This document shows, piece after piece, positions 48,402 through 56,997 of a DNA stretch of 64,000 nt; the first letter of the stretch is position 1, and each line of letters starts with the position of its first letter. The position numbers were made by a program, and so were the translations under genes. The notes under the pieces were generated by a model. It worked only from the letters and a program-made list of their open reading frames with translations. It searched no databases and was not told where the DNA came from. The stretch covers positions 9,392 to 73,391 of the IMG/VR virus record IMGVR_UViG_3300041586_000098; one strand, 5' to 3'. This stretch comes from a virus.

Positions 48402-48920
48402 ATGAAAGTATTTGTAACATCAAATCAACAATTCGGTCGACCAGCTGTCATTAAGACATATAAAAGACCATTTGATTCTGTCGAAGAAATGAATATGCAA
48501 ATGATAGAGGCTTGGAATTCTGTCGTTGACAAAGAAGACATAGTATATGTTTTAGGTAATTTTGCATGGGACCCTGAAACCGCAGATTTAACTATGTCGC
48601 AACTAAATGGAGATATCATGGTACTAAGAGGCGAACATGATAATGCAGTTTCAGAAATTAATATGGCAACATCTAGCCGATTCCATATGTTAGATAATGG
48701 AATTCAAGAACACTCTGATCAAAATATAGTGATGTCATATTGGCCCTTGGCTGATTGGCCAGGAAAATCAAAAGGATCATATTCAATCATAGGTATACCT
48801 GTCAAAAAATACAAAACAAATCACAAAACTAAAATAATTAATTGCTCATGTGACTTATGGGAATTTAAGCCAATTGAAGTTATTAAAATAATAGAATTGT
48901 TCAATGATATAACTATTTAA
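48402..48920 (+). CDS. Calcineurin-like phosphoesterase homologue with substituted metal ligands
   Basis: TSNQQFG, RPF..VEEMN...I..WN..V...D.VY.LGNF, GEHD. Confidence 0.75.
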   Translation: MKVFVTSNQQFGRPAVIKTYKRPFDSVEEMNMQMIEAWNSVVDKEDIVYVLGNFAWDPETADLTMSQLNGDIMVLRGEHDNAVSEINMATSSRFHMLDNGIQEHSDQNIVMSYWPLADWPGKSKGSYSIIGIPVKKYKTNHKTKIINCSCDLWEFKPIEVIKIIELFNDITI

Positions 48921-48999
48921 TTTAACATAAATTTAACAATTAATATTTTTTATAACATTATAAAATGATTATATTTACATATATAAACAAATCAAATAT

Positions 49000-49596
49000 A
49001 TGGCAACTTACAGAGAATTAACAGAGAATTTTTTACTAACGAGATCAGATGCAGATTTTACTGCTTTATTTTATAAAATTAAACCCGGGTTAACATCATA
49101 TGTAAATAAGATAGTTAAAGATCGAGAGCTAGCAGAAGATATTTCTATAAATACTTTAACTAAAATGTGGACTAAAATTGATCAATACGATCCTCAGTAC
49201 CAAATTACCACATGGTTATATCGCATTGGATTCAATGATGCCTTAGGCCATATTAAAAATAGAAATAAGCAATCATCACTTGATGTTCTTTCTGAGTTTG
49301 GTGTTGAAATTAATGAGTCAGGCGAATTTACAACAGGATTGCAAGGTGCATTTGATGATTATGAAATGAAAACCGAACAAGATTATCTAGATGAGGATAA
49401 CGAACTAATGGAAAATTATGGTAAAGTTTTAAATGCAATTGATTCATTGAAGGTATTATACAAAGGTATTGTTATTGATAGATTAATTAACGAAATGAAG
49501 TATGAGGATATTGCCGAAAAGCACAACCTTCCGTTACAAACAATTAAAAATAGAATCCACAGAGGAAAATCGATTATTGAAAAAATGGCAATATAA
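49000..49596 (+). CDS. ECF-type sigma factor
   Basis: AEDI...TWLYRI..N (region 2); YEDIAE...P..TIKNRIHRG (region 4). Confidence 0.9.
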   Translation: MATYRELTENFLLTRSDADFTALFYKIKPGLTSYVNKIVKDRELAEDISINTLTKMWTKIDQYDPQYQITTWLYRIGFNDALGHIKNRNKQSSLDVLSEFGVEINESGEFTTGLQGAFDDYEMKTEQDYLDEDNELMENYGKVLNAIDSLKVLYKGIVIDRLINEMKYEDIAEKHNLPLQTIKNRIHRGKSIIEKMAI

Positions 49597-49811
49597 TGAT
49601 TGTAGTAGTTTATCGAAAATCAGATAAATCAAAGACAAGATATATGACAGTTTTTGCAAATGAAAAAACACCTGACAATATCTTAAGGATAGGAATGAGA
49701 AAACCATTATTGTCAGATCAATTCATTCTAGATGAAATAGGAATTGGTGAAAAATTCATTGAAGACTATAAAAAGCAATACAAAATTACAAAGCATGCAA
49801 TTCACGAATGA
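49596..49811 (+). CDS. Hypothetical protein
   Basis: 71-aa ORF coupled to the sigma gene. Confidence 0.6.
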   Translation: MIVVVYRKSDKSKTRYMTVFANEKTPDNILRIGMRKPLLSDQFILDEIGIGEKFIEDYKKQYKITKHAIHE

Positions 49812-50034
49812 GCAAATAGATAGAATAATTGAAATGGCATGGGAGGATAGAACTCCATTTGATGCCATTTATTTTCAATTCAGCCTCAAAGAAAATGATG
49901 TTAGGAAGATAATGAGAACCAATTTAAAGGAGAGCTCATTTAAATTATGGAGAGAAAGAGTAAAAGGCAGATCGACTAAACATTCTCAAATGTCAGAAAC
50001 TAGAAGATTTAAATCTAAAAATCAGAAAAATTAA
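49795..50034 (+). CDS. TIGR03643/DUF2805-like protein
   Basis: IDRIIEMAWEDRTPFDAI..QF.L.E.....MR..LK.SSFKLWR.RV. Confidence 0.75.
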   Translation: MQFTNEQIDRIIEMAWEDRTPFDAIYFQFSLKENDVRKIMRTNLKESSFKLWRERVKGRSTKHSQMSETRRFKSKNQKN

Positions 50035-50044
50035 CATAAATATA

Positions 50045-50466
50045 ATGAACAACACAAAAACAAATAAAGCCCTCGTTAAGGAACTCTTCCTTTTAAGAGG
50101 GCTGCCGTGACAGGATCTGGAAAAACAACACTAGCAAAATCAATTGGAGGTTATCATTATGAGGCAGATCAATACTTCACTGACGAAAATGGAGTATACT
50201 CTTTCGATTTTTCCAAAATAAAATTAGCACATGAATCATGTGAACTAAATACAGTGGCGGCGATGCAATCAAAGGCTTCTAGAATTGTAGTTTCAAACAC
50301 ATTTACACAGGAATGGGAAATGCAATCATATCATGATATGGCAAAGGATTTTGGATATGTAGTATATTCATTAATTGTTGAAAATAGACATGGTGGAAAA
50401 AACTCACATAATGTTCCTCAGGAATCATTAGATAAAATGAAACAAAGATTTGAAGTTAAGCTATAA
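50045..50466 (+). pseudogene. AAA_33-type P-loop kinase interrupted by a 5-nt insertion in Walker A
   Basis: LFLLRGLP-TGA-CA-GSGKTTLAK; the two parts are in different frames. Confidence 0.65.
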
Positions 50467-50727
50467 AAATTAACAAAGTATTAACACTCTAAATTTTTAA
50501 TAGGTCAATATATTGATTATATTTACATTATATCTAATTAAAACAAACATAAAATGTACAGTTTAAACTCTCCGGATTACATTAAAGAATTTAGATCAAT
50601 TGAAGAATTAATTAGAGATATTGTAATCTCAGGTATAAGTAAACTTTTTGAAATTACAAAGGATGGAGTAGGACAACGAACTATTGCAATGGAATTAATA
50701 ATAAGATAAAATAGTAAAAAAATAAAT

Positions 50728-51864
50728 ATGGAAAATTTAAATTCAGTATGTTACGTTGGTTTAGTTACGGAAATTAAGGAAATTAAAGGGGCTGATTTTC
50801 TTGAATTAGCATTAATCGGAGGTTGGAATTGTGTAACTAAGAAAAACGAATTTCAAACAGGTGATAAGATAGTGGTTGCAACAACAGACGCGGTCATTCC
50901 TGCAACACTTTCAGATTTAATGAGTGTTACTACATATCTTAGAAAAGGTAACCGCGTGCGCACTGTAAAGTTACGAGGAGTATACTCTGAGTGTCTTCTT
51001 ATTCCATTTAAGTATTTAGCACCGCAATCCTTAGAAAAAAATTGTCCAGTTGGAACTGATATGATGCCAATATTAGGTGTTACTAAATATGAGCCTCCTG
51101 TTAGACAAATTCAACTTGCAGGTGGTAGAAAAACTAAATATCAAGACAATCAAAACTTTCATGTTTATTACAAATTTCCAAATTTAAAAAATGTGGATGG
51201 AATGTTCAATGAGACAGACGAAGTTCAAATTACAAGAAAAATTCACGGAACAAACGCGAGATTTGGTATTGTTAGAAAAAACAAATTATCTATATGGGAT
51301 AGGATTAAAAAATATTTAAAACTTCCGGGACATAGATTTGTTGAATATGAGTATGTATATGGTTCGCATAATGTTGAAAAAGGAAGTGACTCACAGGGTT
51401 TCTATTCTACTGATGTTTGGTCTAATGCTGCAAATAAATATAAAATTAAAGAAAGTCTTTGGGAATATGCAAAAAACATGTATGTGTCTATTGGTGAAGG
51501 GATCGTAATCTATGGTGAAATTTATGGAGCAGGCATTCAAAAAAACTATGAATATGGTTTAACAGAAACTAGATTTGTTGCATTCGATATTAAACGTAAT
51601 GGAGAATATTTATCACCATTAACCACTGAATTTTTAATAAATAAAGAATTTGGTATTCCACATGTTGAAGTATTATATACTGGTCTTTGGTCTCAATCAG
51701 TACAAGATAAATTTACATTTAAAAACTTTATTAAAGAGACAAAGGTTCCGCATGAAGGTATTGTAATTAAGTATCATACAGGTGAAAGAAATAAAATAGC
51801 AAAGGTTATTAATCCAGACTACTTATGCTATAGTGAAGCAAATGATGTAGAAGATTCACATTAA
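50728..51864 (+). CDS. ATP-dependent RNA ligase (DRB0094/Rnl family)
   Basis: N-terminal OB-like domain; TRKIHGTN, YGEIYG, FDI, HEGIVIK, AKVI. Confidence 0.88.
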   Translation: MENLNSVCYVGLVTEIKEIKGADFLELALIGGWNCVTKKNEFQTGDKIVVATTDAVIPATLSDLMSVTTYLRKGNRVRTVKLRGVYSECLLIPFKYLAPQSLEKNCPVGTDMMPILGVTKYEPPVRQIQLAGGRKTKYQDNQNFHVYYKFPNLKNVDGMFNETDEVQITRKIHGTNARFGIVRKNKLSIWDRIKKYLKLPGHRFVEYEYVYGSHNVEKGSDSQGFYSTDVWSNAANKYKIKESLWEYAKNMYVSIGEGIVIYGEIYGAGIQKNYEYGLTETRFVAFDIKRNGEYLSPLTTEFLINKEFGIPHVEVLYTGLWSQSVQDKFTFKNFIKETKVPHEGIVIKYHTGERNKIAKVINPDYLCYSEANDVEDSH

Positions 51865-52032
51865 TATAATAATATAGTCTAATATGAATAAAAATGGTAG
51901 CTTGCTACCATTTTCTGTTTTAATCAATTAAAAACATTAATAAACCTAAAGAATCCATAATCACTTTGCAATTCATCATAGAAATAATAAAGGTAAGACG
52001 ATTTAAAATAAATTAGGAAACAAAATATAAAA

Positions 52033-52488
52033 ATGGATGTAAATTATAAAAAAATACTATTAGGAATGTTAGGCGAAAAGATAATTGCTAAACATTTAAG
52101 GGATATTGGATGTGTTGTCGATGAATCATTAGATGTATTTGACAGTACAAAGGATATGGTAGTAGATGGCATGTGTGTTGAAGTAAAGACAAACGCTCCA
52201 TTATTTTATTATGATTCTTTTAGTATACCACAAAATCAATATAATAAGATTATAAAGTCGCATCGAGTTTATTGGTTATCTGTTCCATTACAGACTAAAG
52301 AAGACCAATTTTCTGGCTGTATTTTTGAAATGGATCCTAATATTGCAAAGGTACATCAAATTAAGTTCGGTGATGGTAGATCTGTTATAGGTGTTAAACG
52401 ACAACAAGAAGGAATGAAGATTATTTATAAAATAACAGACATAAAATTATTAAATCATCTAAGGGAACTTTCGTCATCTTATATATAA
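52033..52488 (+). CDS. PD-(D/E)XK nuclease-like protein
   Basis: G.LGE..I, KDMVVDG..VEVKT. Confidence 0.65.
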   Translation: MDVNYKKILLGMLGEKIIAKHLRDIGCVVDESLDVFDSTKDMVVDGMCVEVKTNAPLFYYDSFSIPQNQYNKIIKSHRVYWLSVPLQTKEDQFSGCIFEMDPNIAKVHQIKFGDGRSVIGVKRQQEGMKIIYKITDIKLLNHLRELSSSYI

Positions 52489-52500
52489 GATATATAATCT

Positions 52501-53445
52501 ATGAAAAGAATTAAATTATTTGAACAATTTATTGCGGAGCAAGACAATTTTCCAAGTCTACATAAAATATATTTAGCAATTAATCCATCAAGTGGTCATC
52601 GTTGGTGGTCATATAAGGATTTTGCAGGAGATAACTTTTTTATTCAAGTAACTCTTGAAAATTATAAGAATTTAAATATTAATCCTGAATTTCCATTATT
52701 AACATATAATGCAGAAATCACACAGAAACTAATAGACGAAGGACTTATTAAAAAAGAAAATATATATAATCTACCTGAATTTATTAAACAATCTGGTTCT
52801 AAATCAGAATTCCACAAAATGGTTAAAGGTGATGACAATATTCCAAAAACCGCACATGATGTAAAAGAAGCCCTGAAAATAGGATTTCCACTAATAGGCA
52901 AACCATCAAAGGGACATTCCGGCATTGGTATTCAAATATTTAAAGATCAATCTGAATGGGATGCAGCAGATCACACTAAACTAGATATTTATTCAGAGTA
53001 TATTGATAAGGCAACTGAACATCGATTATTCGTGTTTAAGGGAAAGCCTTTCTTTTGGATGGAAAGAGAACCAATGAATGATAAGGCAAAATCAGGAAAA
53101 GGAAAGAAAGATGAGCAGATGGATTTTAAGTATATTAAAATGGACATAAATAAAATTCCTGAAAAATTTAATATACTAGTGTCTAGATTCGGTAAAATAT
53201 TTTCCGATCTTCCTTATATATGTTTTGATATAATGGAAGACAAGACTGGAAAGCTATATATAATTGAAAGTAATTCTCAGCCTGGAGTTCCATATGATTC
53301 AACAATACAAATATACAGAACATTATATAGTGATTTTTATGGCACTGATATTGACAAAAAATCCGATATTGAATTATTACGATTAAGTTATTATATGAAT
53401 AATAAGACACTTGATTTAGATAAAGATAGATTTGAAATAAAATAA
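52501..53445 (+). CDS. ATP-grasp (RimK-like) ligase with capsid-targeting-like N-terminus
   Basis: IPKT, FPLIGKP..GHSGIGI, EYI...EHR, FDI...IIESNSQPG; starts MKRIKLFEQFIAE. Confidence 0.8.
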   Translation: MKRIKLFEQFIAEQDNFPSLHKIYLAINPSSGHRWWSYKDFAGDNFFIQVTLENYKNLNINPEFPLLTYNAEITQKLIDEGLIKKENIYNLPEFIKQSGSKSEFHKMVKGDDNIPKTAHDVKEALKIGFPLIGKPSKGHSGIGIQIFKDQSEWDAADHTKLDIYSEYIDKATEHRLFVFKGKPFFWMEREPMNDKAKSGKGKKDEQMDFKYIKMDINKIPEKFNILVSRFGKIFSDLPYICFDIMEDKTGKLYIIESNSQPGVPYDSTIQIYRTLYSDFYGTDIDKKSDIELLRLSYYMNNKTLDLDKDRFEIK

Positions 53446-53462
53446 AATAAAATAAAATAAGA

Positions 53463-53918
53463 ATGAAAATAATTAAAACTTTCGAACAATTTTCAGCGAA
53501 TCAGGTAGTATGTGATTCATGTGATTGGAAATGGAGACTTGAAGAAGGAGGAAATGATCCATTCATGTGCCATAATTGTGGACATAACAATTATCCTGTA
53601 TTTATCAGTGAAAAGGAGGATAAGGCAACATCTCGCGAAAAACTAGCAAATGCTGCAGTTAATACTGGATTAGACAATAAAGCAAAGGCTTCTGGTGTTC
53701 CTATTGGAATTATTAGAGCTGTAATGCGAAGAGGAATGGGAGCATGGAATTCAAGTCATTACGAAGGAATGACGCAAGAAGGATGGGGATATGCAAGAGT
53801 AAATGCATTCTTAGAAAAAGGAAAAGGAACATGGGGAAATGCAGATAAAGATTTAGCTAAAGAAGTTAGAGATGGAGGTCATGACAAAAAACTTCCATGG
53901 AAGCCCGAAAAAGAGTAA
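53463..53918 (+). CDS. Zn-ribbon plus DUF5824-like domain protein with capsid-targeting-like N-terminus
   Basis: MKIIKTFEQF; CDSC..CHNC; RRG.GAW...WG.ARVN.F. Confidence 0.65.
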   Translation: MKIIKTFEQFSANQVVCDSCDWKWRLEEGGNDPFMCHNCGHNNYPVFISEKEDKATSREKLANAAVNTGLDNKAKASGVPIGIIRAVMRRGMGAWNSSHYEGMTQEGWGYARVNAFLEKGKGTWGNADKDLAKEVRDGGHDKKLPWKPEKE

Positions 53919-53925
53919 TAATTTA

Positions 53926-54303
53926 ATGAAAAGGATAAAATTATTTGAAGAGTTTTTAAACGAATCAGAGGAAACATATAATGATTATCCAGCTGCCGCA
54001 TCTCAAAATGCAAAAATGGCAATTGATTGGCGCGATGAATATGGTAGAGATGAAATAAAGGCTGGTACTGCAGTTGGATGGCAACGAGCAAATCAATTAG
54101 CAAATAAAGAAAAGATATCTGCTGATGTTGTATCTCGAATGGCATCTTTTAATAGACATAGAAAGAACTCAACAATTGCACCTGAATTTAAAAGTACGCC
54201 CTGGCTCGATAAAGGATATGTTAGTTGGCTGTTATGGGGAGGAGATGAAGGAGTTGATTGGGCTATTGAAAAGGGAAAGGAAATTAAAAAAGAAGAAGAA
54301 TGA
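53926..54303 (+). CDS. Conserved phage protein with capsid-targeting-like N-terminus
   Basis: Likely start MKRIKLFEEFLNE at 53926; GT.VG..RA.QL, RM.SF.RH, LWGG..G..WA. Confidence 0.7.
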   Translation: MKRIKLFEEFLNESEETYNDYPAAASQNAKMAIDWRDEYGRDEIKAGTAVGWQRANQLANKEKISADVVSRMASFNRHRKNSTIAPEFKSTPWLDKGYVSWLLWGGDEGVDWAIEKGKEIKKEEE

Positions 54304-54842
54304 AAAAAATAAAATTATTTGAGGAATTTATGAACGAGGCTAAAAAACAAACGTATGGTGCTAATTGTGCAATGTTATATTTTGACTTTCCAGAAATGGC
54401 GCAAATTCATAAAGAAATAATATCATCTGATCTATTTGAATCAGAAGAAGGAGGAGGGCATGGTTTAGAAACTGAATCACATTGTACACTACTATATGGA
54501 CTTAATGCCGATGTATCATTAAATGCAGTTAAGGTAAAATTACAAGGGTTGGGCTTTGATAAATGTCTCGCACATAACATTTCATTATTTGAAAACAAAG
54601 AGTTTGATGTGCTTAAATTTGATATTAAGGGAGATAATTTGCACGCCGCCAATAAATCTTTATGCGAACTTCCGTATAAAACAGACTATCCTGATTATCA
54701 TCCCCATATGACTGTTGCATATTTAAAATCAGGTATGGGGAAAAAATACGTGGAAATGTTTAATACACATGAACATGTCTTAATTCCATCACATATTGTT
54801 TATTCAATGACAGATGGTAGTAAAAATACCATTGATATTTAA
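54300..54842 (+). CDS. 2H phosphoesterase (gp57B/Acb1-like) with capsid-targeting-like N-terminus
   Basis: HCTLLYG and YHPHMTVAY HxT motifs; starts MKKIKLFEEFMNE. Confidence 0.8.
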   Translation: MKKIKLFEEFMNEAKKQTYGANCAMLYFDFPEMAQIHKEIISSDLFESEEGGGHGLETESHCTLLYGLNADVSLNAVKVKLQGLGFDKCLAHNISLFENKEFDVLKFDIKGDNLHAANKSLCELPYKTDYPDYHPHMTVAYLKSGMGKKYVEMFNTHEHVLIPSHIVYSMTDGSKNTIDI

Positions 54843-54932
54843 GCAAGAACTTTAACTAAGATTTAACACTCTGTATTTTTTAATACAGAGTTTTTTGTTT
54901 ATATTTACATATACAAATTAAAACAATCAATT

Positions 54933-55259
54933 ATGACTAATTTCAATAAAGACACAAACATATTATTTGAAATGATTCCAGGATTTATAAATATCGACGG
55001 AAAATTATATAATTTTCACATGTCAAAGGGTAGAAGAATTACAATATCATATCAAACTGATTGGGATTCTCAACAAAATGCATCATATCTTGGTGAAACA
55101 AATAGAAGTAGTGATAAATCCCTACATGACGTTTGTGAAAAAACCATTAAATGGTTATTTGAAGGAGATTATGTAAAATACATGCCATTTGGTTTTAAGA
55201 AAAAGTATGAGGAATTATATGGTGTTACTATTGTACATTCTAGGGGGTTCGAAGAATAA
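54933..55259 (+). CDS. Hypothetical protein
   Basis: ORF after an early promoter cassette. Confidence 0.65.
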   Translation: MTNFNKDTNILFEMIPGFINIDGKLYNFHMSKGRRITISYQTDWDSQQNASYLGETNRSSDKSLHDVCEKTIKWLFEGDYVKYMPFGFKKKYEELYGVTIVHSRGFEE

Positions 55260-55287
55260 TTAGTTAATCTAACATACTAAACATATT

Positions 55288-55641
55288 ATGGCAAAATATA
55301 AAATACCAAGAGATCCTGTTTTCAAAACATTTGGAATATTTAACACATTAAGCGGGACATACATCTGTCCAGGATGGATCAAGGTTGATCCTGGAACAAC
55401 AAGGGAGGATGTTGAGTATACTGATGATATAATATATAAAGAGAAACAAGTTGCATTAGAAGTGAAGTCTAGGTCTCAGATAGATCTTGAATTTAAAGTA
55501 CCTTCATCAAATGGAAAATCGGAATATTTAGTAAAATTTAAACAAGGCGATTGGAGTTGTAATTGTCCTGCTTCCACATTTAGAAGAGGAAATTGCAAAC
55601 ACATAAAAGAAATTGAAACAAAACAAAAATCAAAGGTATAA
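55288..55641 (+). CDS. SWIM zinc-finger protein
   Basis: Y.V......WSCNCP......CKHI. Confidence 0.8.
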   Translation: MAKYKIPRDPVFKTFGIFNTLSGTYICPGWIKVDPGTTREDVEYTDDIIYKEKQVALEVKSRSQIDLEFKVPSSNGKSEYLVKFKQGDWSCNCPASTFRRGNCKHIKEIETKQKSKV

Positions 55642-55782
55642 GTTATAACAAATAATTTATTAATGAATACCGAAGAAAAGAAATTTATAAAGAGACAAGT
55701 CAATATATTCATATTAATTGCTATACTTTCATTATTAGCACTTATTGGATTTACATTTATTATTTAATTAAAAATCTAAATT

Positions 55783-56058
55783 ATGCCATTTTACACAGGA
55801 TCAACCGCAGATGGATCAGATGCACATGAGGTACAGGGAATGTATATTAATCCAAATAATCATGACGAATGGTCGAACGTTCCTTATGAAAACAGCAAAG
55901 ATAATAGAATATGGAATAGAATTAGAGAATACATGTCAGGCAAATATTGTTTAAACGATGTTTATCTTCAAATAAAAAACAAAACATGTCCTCTTTCTTA
56001 TATCGAAAGGAAATTTGTGTTAACACAATACAATCAAAATAATTTAACAAAAAATTAA
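55783..56058 (+). CDS. Hypothetical protein
   Basis: 91-aa ORF. Confidence 0.6.
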   Translation: MPFYTGSTADGSDAHEVQGMYINPNNHDEWSNVPYENSKDNRIWNRIREYMSGKYCLNDVYLQIKNKTCPLSYIERKFVLTQYNQNNLTKN

Positions 56059-56141
56059 CACTTAAAGTTTTCAAGATTAAAAGATTTTGATTATATTTAC
56101 TTATAATTAAAAACAAAACAAATTAAAAAGTTCAAATATAT

Positions 56142-56269
56142 AATCAAGTCAAAGTAAGAAAGCTCGTACTGACCGAAACAAACTAACAAGTGAGGAGAAA
56201 CACACAAAAAGCTGAAAGTAGGAGGTACATGTATAATAGAAGGCTGGTGAAGCTCCAGAAGACTTGATT
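56142..56269 (+). ncRNA. Unrecognised multi-stem ncRNA, copy B
   Basis: AATCAAGTC/GACTTGATT closing stem; motifs shared with 44419-44535. Confidence 0.65.
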
Positions 56270-56328
56270 TTAATAAAGGTTAAACATTGAAGCCTTTGTG
56301 AATTAACTTGAGAAAACCTGTAGGTTGT

Positions 56329-56579
56329 TATTGAGCACTAATTTACATAAAGATACTAGCAGTAATGTTAGATGTGTTGTCACCTTGAGAAAGTGATAGG
56401 TTTTGAAAATAGTATAGTCTAACATACCTTGCTACAACACAAATGAGTTCTCGGCAAGTAGTTAATCGTAGGGTCATTACAACTTTTTTGAAGATTTCCT
56501 TAACTACGCGACCCAAACATATTCGAGAAGTAAGCACTATTATTAGTTGCCGAGTAATAGAATGATGTGGGTGCTAATA
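56329..56579 (+). ncRNA. Candidate ~250-nt pseudoknotted ncRNA
   Basis: Several 7-8 bp helices, including crossing pairs TGTGTTGT/ACAACACA and GGGTC/GACCC. Confidence 0.55.
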
Positions 56580-56782
56580 CTAATAAAAAAGTATTTAATT
56601 GAAACAAAAATAAAAAGTTATATATAATTAGTATAAAATAATTTAAATTCGTGAAGAAATACACCTTTTGAAAATAAATTAAAAATAAAGCTCTTTTATA
56701 GTGAATTAGCTGAAACTAAAAGATATATAATAATATAATATGTATAAGAAAATAAAACTTATATATAATTAAACAAATTAAA

Positions 56783-56929
56783 ATGAAAACATTGCAAATC
56801 ATATCGCAGAATATTAGTCTACTTGAGATGAATCTAGCCTTACCAGTAGGAGATCAAACATGTGTCTTTTATACTAGAGAATGGAAACACAATGGTTCTT
56901 TTGAAGATCATAAAGTTAATATGAGTTAA
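56783..56929 (+). CDS. Putative attenuator leader peptide (48 aa, all 20 amino acids)
   Basis: MKTLQIISQNISLLEMNLALPVGDQTCVFYTREWKHNGSFEDHKVNMS; A-rich leader; overlaps the antiterminator arm. Confidence 0.7.
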   Translation: MKTLQIISQNISLLEMNLALPVGDQTCVFYTREWKHNGSFEDHKVNMS

Positions 56930-56987
56930 AAATCTATTAACATATAAATATTCAAAAGGACCTCTCAAAACTGATTGGTCCTTTTTT
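56894..56987 (+). promoter_or_regulatory. Antiterminator/terminator switch
   Basis: GGTTCTTTTGAA (56894-56905) pairs with TTCAAAAGGACC (56951-56962), competing with terminator AAAAGGACC/GGTCCTTTTTT. Confidence 0.7.
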
Positions 56988-56997
56988 AATTTAACAC

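Noticed and set aside
53872-53925. ORF-track start at 53872 (likewise 49744 and 45828)
   Set aside because: Overlaps the upstream gene; the downstream ATG gives the family-typical N-terminus
56142-56269. Hairpin, hammerhead or twister-sister ribozyme identity for the two-copy ncRNA
   Set aside because: Only partial motif resemblance (AGAA, AGAAACA, CTGG-loop-CCAG); the required catalytic core arrangement was not found by eye
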